A stretch of DNA of 64,000 nucleotides, taken from assembly GCA_965214935.1 (NCBI GenBank), contig CBDCCS010000016.1, positions 64,001-128,000 of the forward strand, written 5' to 3'. Made by a program: the position numbers and the translations under genes. Positions within the stretch are counted from its first letter, which is position 1. Every line of letters starts with the position of its first letter. The notes beneath the pieces were generated by a model. It saw nothing but the letters and a program-made list of their open reading frames with translations, was not told where the DNA came from and did not search any database. Source of the DNA: Candidatus Velthaea sp. GTDB lineage: Bacteria > Vulcanimicrobiota > Vulcanimicrobiia > Vulcanimicrobiales > Vulcanimicrobiaceae. Positions 50,611 through 59,408 of the stretch are shown here, one piece after another.

Positions 50611-51171
50611 TTACGACTCGTCGGTCGCCTCGTTGCGCACTTGGCGCGGGCGAGCCTTCGGGATCGTCAGGTAAAGCGCGACTGCGATCAGCGCGATTCC
50701 GACGGCGAGGAAAAGTAAATCCACTGCTGTTTCGACCGGGCGATGCACCGCGTACTCAAAGTAGCGAACGATCAGTATGAGAAAAATGACTTTGGCGAGC
50801 CGTTCTTTGAGATCGTCAAGACTGCGAATGAGTAAGATGCGTTCGGCGATGGGGTGATCTTCGGCTGCGTCGATCTTACTGATGAACAGTTCGTAGATTC
50901 CGAAGGCGAAGATCAGCAGCACGAGCGCAAACAGTAATCCGTCGACAAACTCCGCAACGCTCGTTACTATTTGGAGCCGAATCTCCGAATGTTCGATTGC
51001 GCCGAGCGCACCATCCGAGTAGTGGATGAGTTCGACGAACAACGTCTTCGCATCGAATATCGCGACGTAAAATAGCGCGAGTGACCCGGCCAAGCTTGCG
51101 ATCACCGCGACGAGCGTAATGAAGCGACTGTTCCAGAGCAGTGCCTCGAAGATCCGTTCGACGGCTTTCAT
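50611..51171 (-). CDS. YqhA (UPF0114) family membrane protein
   Basis: LWNSR, IFAFGIYELFIS, I.SLDDLK.RL. Confidence 0.85.
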   Translation of the reverse strand: MKAVERIFEALLWNSRFITLVAVIASLAGSLALFYVAIFDAKTLFVELIHYSDGALGAIEHSEIRLQIVTSVAEFVDGLLFALVLLIFAFGIYELFISKIDAAEDHPIAERILLIRSLDDLKERLAKVIFLILIVRYFEYAVHRPVETAVDLLFLAVGIALIAVALYLTIPKARPRQVRNEATDES

Positions 51172-51199
51172 CGACTCGCGATTCCCCGGGAAGCGAACC

Positions 51200-51844
51200 T
51201 CAAAATCGCGACAACTGTTCGGCAGTGCGGCGTAATTGTTGCAGACTCGCTATCGCATCGACGATGAAACGCACGCTGCGCGCGGGCGTGCGGACAAAAG
51301 CGAGCGTTAATTGAAGCGCCTGCAAATGTCCGCGCCGATCGTAGACGTCACGCAGATCGGGCAGCTCGCGATTCGCGGCATCGCTCACCACGCGCACCAT
51401 GGCAAACCGGACCGCTCGCGACTGCAGGATCCGCGCGATGGTCGCGGCTTCCATGTCGATCACTCCGGCACCGGTCGCGCGTCGTAATGCAGCTTTCGCG
51501 CCGACCGAACCGACGACCTCAGCGACATGCGCGGCACGTGCACCGGGCGCTTGCAATGCAAGGGCACAGGTCTCCGATAGTTGCGGGTCGAGATCGAGCG
51601 TCGCGGTGCCGTCGATGATCTGCGTGTAGACCACCGGCTGACCCACGCGCAGCGACGGATCCAACGCTCCGCAAAGCCCGAGAACGACCGCCGAACCGCC
51701 ATCCCCACGCGCGAGCGCGTTGGATTCATCTACATCGGCCGCTCCGGCTGAGACGGAAATGAACGTCGGACCGGCTACCGACCATCCACGTTTGACCGCC
51801 CAAAACTCCGGACCACGCGGCACGATAACCGCGCCGACATGCAC
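51200..51844 (-). CDS. hpnG: Hopanoid-associated nucleoside phosphorylase
   Basis: GLCGAL, IDMEAA, RVVSD (PNP/UDP family); cluster context. Confidence 0.75.
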   Translation of the reverse strand: MHVGAVIVPRGPEFWAVKRGWSVAGPTFISVSAGAADVDESNALARGDGGSAVVLGLCGALDPSLRVGQPVVYTQIIDGTATLDLDPQLSETCALALQAPGARAAHVAEVVGSVGAKAALRRATGAGVIDMEAATIARILQSRAVRFAMVRVVSDAANRELPDLRDVYDRRGHLQALQLTLAFVRTPARSVRFIVDAIASLQQLRRTAEQLSRF

Positions 51845-51862
51845 CCTCTTGTGGTTCCCGAG

Positions 51863-52111
51863 CTACGCCATCCCACGTTCGGGCGTACCGCCGGAAGCAT
51901 GATTCGTCCGGCAAGTCGCGTGTCCGCACTCGCACGCCGTTCGCTGCGCTTTTCCGCTCGCGAGATCGCCCGCCTCGACGGTGTTGGCCATGCACCATTC
52001 GGTGCAAGCTCCGGCAGAAACCAAGTCATTGCACCCGCAGCCTGCATTGATGCATTGATGATCGGGAGCGGCCGGCGGCGTAAAGTCGTCGTGCGTAACA
52101 TTCGTACTCAT
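51863..52111 (-). CDS. Small Cys/His-rich metallothionein-like protein
   Basis: 82 aa with CxxxxCxC, CxxxC and CxCGHxxC; ATGA overlap with the GNAT stop. Confidence 0.65.
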   Translation of the reverse strand: MSTNVTHDDFTPPAAPDHQCINAGCGCNDLVSAGACTEWCMANTVEAGDLASGKAQRTACECGHATCRTNHASGGTPERGMA

Positions 52112-52614
52112 GTGCGTCCCGTACCCGCTTTTGCAGCCGTGCCCACTTCGTGTTCCGGCTCATCACGGTCATCGGCAAGAACCATCAAGTCACTCTCGAC
52201 AAAGCCGAGCCGAGCGTACAATGGTTTCGCGTCTTTCGCCGGACGCAGAAACGTCCGACGAGCATCGGCGCGCGTCGTCGCGATCACCTCACGTATGAGT
52301 TCGCTTGCAAAGCCGCGGTTTCTATACGGTGGCTCGACGAACACACCGCCGAGCTCGGCATGCCGCGAGCCGTTCGGATCGGGTAGCCGGTCGTAGTAAA
52401 CCGCACAGCTCGAACCGACGGCACGTTCCCCGTCGCACACGACCCACGCGACCACGCGCTCGGCGAGGAAGAGCGAGAAGAATTCACGGGTCGCGGTCGC
52501 AACAAATTCATTCACGGCAATGAACGGCAAAACGTTAAGCTCGACGAGACTTTGTGCGCGCAGCCCGGCTAGCGCTCGGGCATCGAAGCGATCCGCAATG
52601 CGTAAATAGATCAT
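52108..52614 (-). CDS. GNAT family N-acetyltransferase
   Basis: VFVEPPYRNRGFA (acetyl-CoA motif A), LYARLGF; ATG 52614 or TTG 52626. Confidence 0.85.
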   Translation of the reverse strand: MIYLRIADRFDARALAGLRAQSLVELNVLPFIAVNEFVATATREFFSLFLAERVVAWVVCDGERAVGSSCAVYYDRLPDPNGSRHAELGGVFVEPPYRNRGFASELIREVIATTRADARRTFLRPAKDAKPLYARLGFVESDLMVLADDRDEPEHEVGTAAKAGTGRT

Positions 52615-52629
52615 CGGTACATCCAATTC

Positions 52630-52661
52630 AAAAAAAAAAACGCCCCAAATTTCTTGGTGCG
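52630..52661 (-). terminator. Intrinsic terminator directly upstream of the GNAT gene
   Basis: CGC-A-CCAAG-AAA-UUUGG-G-GCG hairpin followed by U11. Confidence 0.8.
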
Positions 52662-52764
52662 CCCATTCAAGTCCGCAAACTGCCGTCTACCGCATAACGG
52701 TACGGCCCGCTGCATACTTGCACGGGCGCTTATCAGGTCGGCGGTGGAAAGGATGCGCCATCAC
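52630..52764 (-). ncRNA. Structured leader/attenuator or sRNA of unknown class
   Basis: Own promoter, two internal hairpins, alternative GCGCCC/GGGCGC pairing, terminator. Confidence 0.55.
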
Positions 52765-52768
52765 GAAA

Positions 52769-52799
52769 ATTATGTATCACAGCGTGCTTCGACCGTCAA
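52769..52799 (-). promoter_or_regulatory. sigma70-type promoter
   Basis: TTGACG-N17-TACATA(AT) on the minus strand. Confidence 0.6.
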
Positions 52800-52811
52800 G
52801 CCGCCGCCGCG

Positions 52812-53267
52812 TTAGCGAACCGGCCGGCACGGAACGATGCTCGTGATAATCGCATCCTGTACGAGCGCTTCCATGGCGGTGAACGTGCGCATTTGCGAGA
52901 CAACGATGCCACGATCGGGTTTCGAACGGGATAGACGCAAACGTACGACCGTCATATGCAAACGCAGGACGTCGCCGGGGCGAACCGGTTGCGGCCAGCG
53001 TAACGACTCGACGCCCGCCCCGACCGACCCGCCTGCCGGATGATACGTACTCTGGGTGAGCAGCCGCATTGTTATCGCCGCGGTGTGCCAGCCGCTCGCG
53101 ACGAGCTCGCCGAACGCACTCGCGTTGGCCGCCGCCGGATCGGTATGAAATGGTTGCGGATCGTATTGTTCGGCGAAGCGAATGATCTCTTGAGCCGTTA
53201 CCGTGTATGACGGCGATTCGAACGTCGCACCAACTTCAAGATCTTCGAAGAAATGTTCGCTCGGCAT
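52812..53267 (-). CDS. MaoC family dehydratase
   Basis: FEDLEVG, FAEQYDPQPFH.D, ASGWHT, PVRPGD. Confidence 0.9.
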   Translation of the reverse strand: MPSEHFFEDLEVGATFESPSYTVTAQEIIRFAEQYDPQPFHTDPAAANASAFGELVASGWHTAAITMRLLTQSTYHPAGGSVGAGVESLRWPQPVRPGDVLRLHMTVVRLRLSRSKPDRGIVVSQMRTFTAMEALVQDAIITSIVPCRPVR

Positions 53268-53340
53268 TGGCTGGCAGTACGCTATGCGACCGGCGGAAGT
53301 CTCTTTGGGCGATCGCGCAGTCACGGCCGGGCCGCCGTTA

Positions 53341-53856
53341 TCACACAATGGTTGCGGCAAGTTCGGCGAGCTTTGTAATCGTATTCAAATTGCGAGCCGT
53401 TCCGGCCGCAGCTGCCGGAATGACAAGCCTCGAGGCTCCGATGCTGTTGCGATAGGCAACGTACACCTCTCGCGAACCCAAGCGTATCTCTTCGTCCGTT
53501 CGGCCGCGAACGTGATCGAGCGCATTTGCCGGCGGAGGGTTATCTAAAAAGATTGCGACCGTCGAGTTGCCGGGATACGACCGGAATGGATTGGACTCGA
53601 GAACGGCGGACAGTTCTTGCGCCGTGCGTACGATGGCACCAACGGGTTTACCGGCATACAATTGCAGGCGTTTCTCGATTGCTGCCTTTACCGGTGCTTC
53701 GGGCAGATCGGCCGCGAAGACGACGTTGCCGCTGGCGATATACGTTCGGACCTTGCGAAACCCCGCAGCAGCGCAGATTGCCTCGAGTTCACTCATCGGC
53801 AGCTTACCGGTCCCGCCTACGTTCACCGCGCGCAGCAAGGCAATGTATGTCGGCAT
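53341..53856 (-). CDS. DUF1697 family protein
   Basis: YIALLRAVNVGG, TYIASGNV, TARN.NT. Confidence 0.88.
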   Translation of the reverse strand: MPTYIALLRAVNVGGTGKLPMSELEAICAAAGFRKVRTYIASGNVVFAADLPEAPVKAAIEKRLQLYAGKPVGAIVRTAQELSAVLESNPFRSYPGNSTVAIFLDNPPPANALDHVRGRTDEEIRLGSREVYVAYRNSIGASRLVIPAAAAGTARNLNTITKLAELAATIV

Positions 53857-53928
53857 GCGGACTCCGGACGAAAAAAAAGAGCGTTTCCACGCGCCTCATT
53901 CGACGTCGCCGGCCCGTGCGTCTTACGG

Positions 53929-54462
53929 CTACCGATAAAATGTGTAGACGGCGCTGTAGTGACGGGCGACGGTCGCATCGGAATTTTTGGAGTCGCAGCC
54001 CACTACCGGCGGCAGGCCGCCTTCGGTATCCGAGCGACGCACGAATCGAGCCGGCGTCAAAATTCCGCGACCGGTCGCTGACGTCACGTTCAGCAGCAAT
54101 GCCGGAACGCTGTTCGGCCGATCAACTTTAAAAATTGGACGTGCACCGTCGGCAACGATCGAGCTTCCGTCGGCGGAGGTCCACGTCGGGCCGGCAGTGT
54201 GCGTGCCGAAATCATGTCCGTCGTCAGTTACGAGAAGCGCTTTCGGCCCGACGAGAGTCCACGCAAAGTTGCCCGCGGTTGCCCGGCACGCATACACTTG
54301 CACGCCCCCGCCCTGGACTTCCGCAACGACCGTAGCTCCCGACGGCGGCACGATCTCCGACGTCGTTTGTGCATTCGCGCTCGGACATATGACGGCAATG
54401 AAGCCGGCGACGATGATTGCAACGTTCGCGAGTCGATCGATTCGCCGCCGATGTTGACACAT
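53929..54462 (-). CDS. Secreted DUF3455 family protein
   Basis: GVQVYAC, GTH.AGPTW...DGS, TEGG.PP, YSAVYTFY. Confidence 0.85.
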   Translation of the reverse strand: MCQHRRRIDRLANVAIIVAGFIAVICPSANAQTTSEIVPPSGATVVAEVQGGGVQVYACRATAGNFAWTLVGPKALLVTDDGHDFGTHTAGPTWTSADGSSIVADGARPIFKVDRPNSVPALLLNVTSATGRGILTPARFVRRSDTEGGLPPVVGCDSKNSDATVARHYSAVYTFYR

Positions 54463-54539
54463 AAAGCGACCTTACAACACGAGGCCGATCGGCCTGCAAC
54501 CGAATGGAACGAGGCCGCGCGACAACGAACGCGCGGATC

Positions 54540-56015
54540 ATGCCGCTCGATCGAGACGCTTACTTCGCCGCGCTCATTCCGCGCATCAATGATTTCGTTC
54601 GCGAACAGACGCTGCCGTCCATGGCGATCGGCATCGTCGAAGCCGGTGAATTAATCTGGACGCACGGCAGCGGCGAACGAGTACGCGGCAGCGCGGCACC
54701 GCCCTCAAGCGATAGCATCTTTCGCATTGCGTCGATGACGAAGAGCTTCACGGCAGCAGCGATTCTTCTCTTGCGCGATCGCGGTGCACTGCGGCTCGAC
54801 GATGCACTAGACGCACATCTGCCATGGACCGCTTCGATCGGCGCGCCGCCGAACGCCGCCGCTATAACGATTCGGGATTTACTTACGATGAACGCCGGCC
54901 TTCCGACGGACGACCCATGGGGCGACCGGCAAGAGTCGGCATCGACGGTGCAATTTGATGCGCTCGCAAGCGGCGGTCTCTCCTTTACGCGCGCAGCGCG
55001 CACGGGATTCGAATACTCGAATCTCAGTTACGCACTGCTCGGCCGAGTCATCAGCGTCGCGTCGCAGACCGACTATCTCACGTTCGTGAAACGCGAACTG
55101 CTTGAACCCTTGGGTATGCGCGCGACCTGTTTTGACACCGCCTGCGTCGATGAACGGCAACGCGCGCCCGGCTATATGCTCGTTGACGGCGATCTGATTT
55201 GCGAGCCGCCGGTACGTCCGGGCGCGTTTAGTCCGATGGGTGGTTTGCACAGCAGCGTGCGCGACATCGCGCGGTGGGTCCGCGGCTTCGCTTCCCCCGC
55301 AGCCGGCGCATCCGGCACGCATCCACTGAGTGAATCGAGCCGGCGCGAGATGCAAGAGGGCCGAACTCACGCCTATACAACGCTCGTCGCTCCGACCGAT
55401 TCTGCACCGGCGAAGACGCAGACGGGGCTTTACGGCTACGGCCTCGCGTGCGAAAGCGACTCCCGACTCGGACGGTTCGTTCATCATAGCGGCGGCTATC
55501 CCGGCTTCGGTTCGCACATGCGTTGGCACCCGGCGTCCGGCTTTGGAATCGTCGCGCTTGCCAACCGGACGTATGCGCCGACGCGAATGCTCGCGGCAGC
55601 GATTCTCGACGGCGTCGTTACTGATTTAGCGGCTTCGCTCGATCCCGCCGCGGCGCTCTGGCCTCAGACGCGCCATGCGATGGATGTCGTCGAACGTCTC
55701 ACCGCCGGCTGGGACGACGCGTTAGCCGATGCGAACTTCGCCGGAAACGTCGACCTGGATCTGCCGCGCGCAAGACGCCGCGCAGCATTCGAGCGGGCCG
55801 CCGCGGCGCTTGGTACGTTCGAACGCATCGCGGACAACTGGATCTCGCACTCGCCCGCACATGTGCGCTGGCCCCTGCGCGGCGCACAAATAAACGCGAC
55901 GCTCGAGGTATTGCTGACACCGGAACGGCCACCGCGCATTCAGCTGCTGACCATCGAGCTAGCGACGATTCCTCGACTCGACATTGCGTGCACCGAATCG
56001 GAGCGGCAAACGTAA
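54540..56015 (+). CDS. Serine hydrolase (beta-lactamase/PBP-like)
   Basis: FRIASMTK (SxxK), FEYSN (YxN), HSGGYPGF. Confidence 0.9.
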   Translation: MPLDRDAYFAALIPRINDFVREQTLPSMAIGIVEAGELIWTHGSGERVRGSAAPPSSDSIFRIASMTKSFTAAAILLLRDRGALRLDDALDAHLPWTASIGAPPNAAAITIRDLLTMNAGLPTDDPWGDRQESASTVQFDALASGGLSFTRAARTGFEYSNLSYALLGRVISVASQTDYLTFVKRELLEPLGMRATCFDTACVDERQRAPGYMLVDGDLICEPPVRPGAFSPMGGLHSSVRDIARWVRGFASPAAGASGTHPLSESSRREMQEGRTHAYTTLVAPTDSAPAKTQTGLYGYGLACESDSRLGRFVHHSGGYPGFGSHMRWHPASGFGIVALANRTYAPTRMLAAAILDGVVTDLAASLDPAAALWPQTRHAMDVVERLTAGWDDALADANFAGNVDLDLPRARRRAAFERAAAALGTFERIADNWISHSPAHVRWPLRGAQINATLEVLLTPERPPRIQLLTIELATIPRLDIACTESERQT

Positions 56016-56105
56016 TGAAGCCGCTCGCGGAACGGTATGCAAGCTACAAGCTTTGCGCCGTTACATTTTAGAGCCGCCGTCGAAGCTGCGGAAACTCGGA
56101 CGTAG

Positions 56106-56134
56106 CGTTAAGCTCACGTTAAGGCAGCGTCACA
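56106..56134 (+). promoter_or_regulatory. 11-bp-period direct repeats upstream of urtA
   Basis: CGTTAAG (56106), CGTTAAG (56117), CGTCACA (56128). Confidence 0.55.
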
Positions 56135-56234
56135 AATGGCTAATCACCCTGCGAGCAAGGTAGCGAATCAGGCGCGGCAGAGGCAATTGAGTTATCTCAG
56201 TTGCCCGCATCGCAATTGTTTGGGGGAACAACAC

Positions 56235-57443
56235 GTGCAAATTGGAGTAGCGCTGGCGCGAACAGCGTCGGCGATCGCCGCAACGGCTTTGCTTTGCGGT
56301 TCGTTGCCCACGGCAGTTCCGGCGGCCGCCGATTCCGTCAAGGTCGGCGTGCTGCAGTCGCTGACCGGAACGATGGCGATCAGCGAAGTCACCGTAAAAA
56401 ATTCGACCCTCTTAGCGATCGATCAAATTAACGCCACGGGCGGCGTGCTTGGCAAAAAGATCGAGCCGATCGTTGAAGACGGCGCATCGGATCCATCGAT
56501 GTTCGCGCAAAAAGCGCAGAAGCTCATCCAACAAGACGGGGTCGTGACGGTGTTTGGCGGTTGGACGTCGGCCAGCCGAAAAGCGATGCTCCCGGTGTTC
56601 GAACGCTTTCACGGCTTACTCTGGTATCCGGTTCAATTTGAAGGCAACGAGTGTTCACCGAACATCATGTATTCGGGAGCGCAACCAAATCAGCAGATCT
56701 TACCGGCGCTACAGTGGGCTGAACTCAAGGGTTACAAGAGTATCTTCTTACTTGGCTCGGACTATGTCTTTCCGCGAACGGCAAACTTGATTCTCAAGAA
56801 GCACATTGAAAACGATAAGGGGATGGTTGCCGGCGAAGAATACGTCCCGCTCGGCGGCACCGATTTTAGCGCCGTCATCAATAAGATCAAAGTCGCAAAG
56901 CCGCAGATCATCTTTAATACGCTTAACGGCGACAGCAACGTTTCGTTCTTCAAGCAAATGGCCGCAGCCGGTCTGCCGTCGGCGAAACTGCCGGTCATGT
57001 CGTTCAGCATCGCCGAACAAGAAGCCAAATCGATCGGTCCGTCTTTACTCGAGGGCAGTTACGCATCGTGGAATTACTTTCAAAGTATCGGCGGCTCCGA
57101 AAATAAGAAATTTGTCGCGGCCTATCAAGCAAAATACCCCGGGCAGCCGGTCGACGATCCGATGGCGCATGGGTATCTTGACGTTTATTCGTGGGCTGCC
57201 GCCGTGAAGAAAGCCGGTACGTTCGACGCCGACAAAGTGCGGAAGGCCGCATCGACATTAGCCTACAGCAACGTCGGTATGGGCGAAGCAAAATTCGCTT
57301 CAAATCAAAGTCTCGTTCAAACAGCGTACGTCGGCCAACTTGAGCCGAGCGGCCAATTCAAAATCCTCTGGCAATCGAAGGCGCCGGTTATGCCGATTCC
57401 GTACGACCCGCTGTCGTTTCCCGGCAAAACCTGCGTGTTGTAA
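56235..57443 (+). CDS. urtA: Urea ABC transporter substrate-binding protein
   Basis: SLTGTMAISE, EDGASD, FGGWTSASRK, YPVQFEG.E, PNQQI, GSDYVFPRTAN. Confidence 0.92.
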   Translation: MQIGVALARTASAIAATALLCGSLPTAVPAAADSVKVGVLQSLTGTMAISEVTVKNSTLLAIDQINATGGVLGKKIEPIVEDGASDPSMFAQKAQKLIQQDGVVTVFGGWTSASRKAMLPVFERFHGLLWYPVQFEGNECSPNIMYSGAQPNQQILPALQWAELKGYKSIFLLGSDYVFPRTANLILKKHIENDKGMVAGEEYVPLGGTDFSAVINKIKVAKPQIIFNTLNGDSNVSFFKQMAAAGLPSAKLPVMSFSIAEQEAKSIGPSLLEGSYASWNYFQSIGGSENKKFVAAYQAKYPGQPVDDPMAHGYLDVYSWAAAVKKAGTFDADKVRKAASTLAYSNVGMGEAKFASNQSLVQTAYVGQLEPSGQFKILWQSKAPVMPIPYDPLSFPGKTCVL

Positions 57444-57449
57444 CGCGCG

Positions 57450-58361
57450 ATGAATGAGACGACGCTGGTTGCCGGCCAGCTGTTCAACGGAATAAGCGTC
57501 GCCTCGATCTTACTGCTGGCTGCGCTCGGACTTGCGCTAAGCTTCGGACTCATGCGCGTCATCAATATGGCGCACGGCGAGATGCTGATGATGGGCGGCT
57601 ATCTTGCCTATCTCTCGACATCGTTGTTTGGAAAAGGCGCGGGTTTCTTCATCGGCCTCATCATCGCGTTTGCCGGAACGGCTCTCTTCGGCGCAATTTT
57701 AGAAATGACGCTCATACGCCGCCTCTATGGGCGTCCTCTCGATACCCTTCTCGCGACGTGGGGCGTCAGCCTCATCCTGCAACAAGCCGCACGTAGTATT
57801 TTTGGACCGGTCGGTGTCGAAGTAACGGCGCCGGCCCAGTTGAGCGGCGCGCTGTCGGTGGGCGGCACGGCACTGACCGGCTTCTCACTGCCCGCCGTAC
57901 GCCTTTTTATCATCGTGCTTGCCGCCCTGGTGCTTGGCGGTATGGCGCTGTTGCTCGCGCGAACGCGACTTGGTTTGCTTGTCCGCGCGGTGCATCAAAA
58001 TCGCTCGATGGCCGAAGCGCTCGGCGCAAATACGCGCGCGGTCGACTTGATCGTCTTTGCACTGGGAACCGGTATCGCGGGTCTTGCTGGTGCGGCGCTC
58101 GCACTCATTGCGCCGGTGACGCCGACCGTCGGGCAGAGCTATATCGTGTATGCGTTTCTGGTTGTGATCGTCGGCGGATTGGGCAGCCTCGCAGGTACGC
58201 TTTTTGCCGCGCTGCTCATCGGGGTGTTTTCAGCCGTCACCCAGATTTTCACGAGCGTCAGCGTTGCCGACGTTCTGCTGCTTATCGTCGTCATTGCGTT
58301 CTTGCAATTTCGGCCGCGCGGCATTGTATGGCAACGCTCGCGTGCACTCGAGGAAACCTAA
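57450..58361 (+). CDS. urtB: Urea ABC transporter permease
   Basis: FGLMRVINMAHGE, RPLDTLLATWGVSLILQQ. Confidence 0.92.
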   Translation: MNETTLVAGQLFNGISVASILLLAALGLALSFGLMRVINMAHGEMLMMGGYLAYLSTSLFGKGAGFFIGLIIAFAGTALFGAILEMTLIRRLYGRPLDTLLATWGVSLILQQAARSIFGPVGVEVTAPAQLSGALSVGGTALTGFSLPAVRLFIIVLAALVLGGMALLLARTRLGLLVRAVHQNRSMAEALGANTRAVDLIVFALGTGIAGLAGAALALIAPVTPTVGQSYIVYAFLVVIVGGLGSLAGTLFAALLIGVFSAVTQIFTSVSVADVLLLIVVIAFLQFRPRGIVWQRSRALEET

Positions 58362-59408
58362 ATGCGCAAATTGCTGGGCTACGTTCTCATGCTTGCCGTC
58401 ATGGTTGCCGCACCGCTGTACCTTGCACCCTACGAACTCTCGCTGCTCGGCCGGTTTCTGGCGCTCGCCATTCTTGCACTGGGCATTTCGCTCATCTGGG
58501 GTACCGGCGGAATGCTCAGCCTCGGTCAGGGCGTATTTTTCGCGCTGGGCGGATATGCGCTCGCGATGCATCTCAAGCTCGCAGGTGCCGATGCCGGAAG
58601 TTTGCCCGACTTCATGCAGTGGAGCGGATTGGGCACCTTGCCGTGGTGGTGGGAGCCGTTTCGTTCACCCGTTTTTGCCGTTGCAGCGCTCCTGGTCATA
58701 CCCGGACTTGTCGCGGCTTTGCTGGCGTTTCTGGTCTTCCGGCGGCGCGTCAGCGGCGCCTACTTTGCAATCATCACGCAAGCGTTGGCGCTCGCCGCGA
58801 CGACCTTCATCGTGAGTCAGCAGCAATTCACCGGCGGCTTCAACGGGTTGACCGGATTTACGACGGTGTTCGGGTTTACGTTAACCGATCCGCACACACA
58901 ACTCGCGCTGTATTGGGTCACTTTGGGCACGTTGGCGGTCGCCTTTGCCGCGACACGTTGGCTGCTGGATTCACGCTTCGGCACCCTATTGTTAGCGATG
59001 CGCGACGGTGAGAATCGCATTCGCTTTCTCGGCTACAACCCGTTGCCGTTCAAGGTTTTGGCATTCGCTTTTGCCGGTGTGCTTGCGGGGATTTCGGGCG
59101 CGCTCGTCACGTTGGATTTAGGTGTTATCTCGCCCGCCATGTTCGGCGTCGTGCCGTCGATCGAGATGGTCATCTGGGTCGCGGTCGGCGGGCGTGGCAG
59201 CCTCATCGGTGCGGTCCTCGGAACGCTCGTGGTAAATTTCGGCAAAGACTGGATCAGCAGTGCCTTTCCCGAGCTTTGGCTCTACGCCGTCGGCGCGATG
59301 TTCATTCTCGTGGTGACGCTCGCTCCGACGGGCATCGTCGGGACGTTGTCGCAGTGGCGCAGCTTTCCACGCCTGGGGCGCTCGCGACCACCGGCACTCG
59401 TTGAATGA
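58362..59408 (+). CDS. urtC: Urea ABC transporter permease
   Basis: LSLGQGVFF, LPDFM, YFAIITQA, SIEMVIWVAVGGRG. Confidence 0.92.
   Translation: MRKLLGYVLMLAVMVAAPLYLAPYELSLLGRFLALAILALGISLIWGTGGMLSLGQGVFFALGGYALAMHLKLAGADAGSLPDFMQWSGLGTLPWWWEPFRSPVFAVAALLVIPGLVAALLAFLVFRRRVSGAYFAIITQALALAATTFIVSQQQFTGGFNGLTGFTTVFGFTLTDPHTQLALYWVTLGTLAVAFAATRWLLDSRFGTLLLAMRDGENRIRFLGYNPLPFKVLAFAFAGVLAGISGALVTLDLGVISPAMFGVVPSIEMVIWVAVGGRGSLIGAVLGTLVVNFGKDWISSAFPELWLYAVGAMFILVVTLAPTGIVGTLSQWRSFPRLGRSRPPALVE

Noticed and set aside
52720..52765. Fluoride riboswitch resemblance (UGAUGGCGC...ACCGCC...CUGAUAAGCGCC) and partial NiCo/czcD resemblance
   Set aside because: Fluoride P1 cannot form and the NiCo fourth helix is missing; left unassigned pending an Infernal search
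56035..56047. NtcA-like site upstream of urtA
   Set aside because: Spacing is GTA-N7-TAC, not the canonical N8
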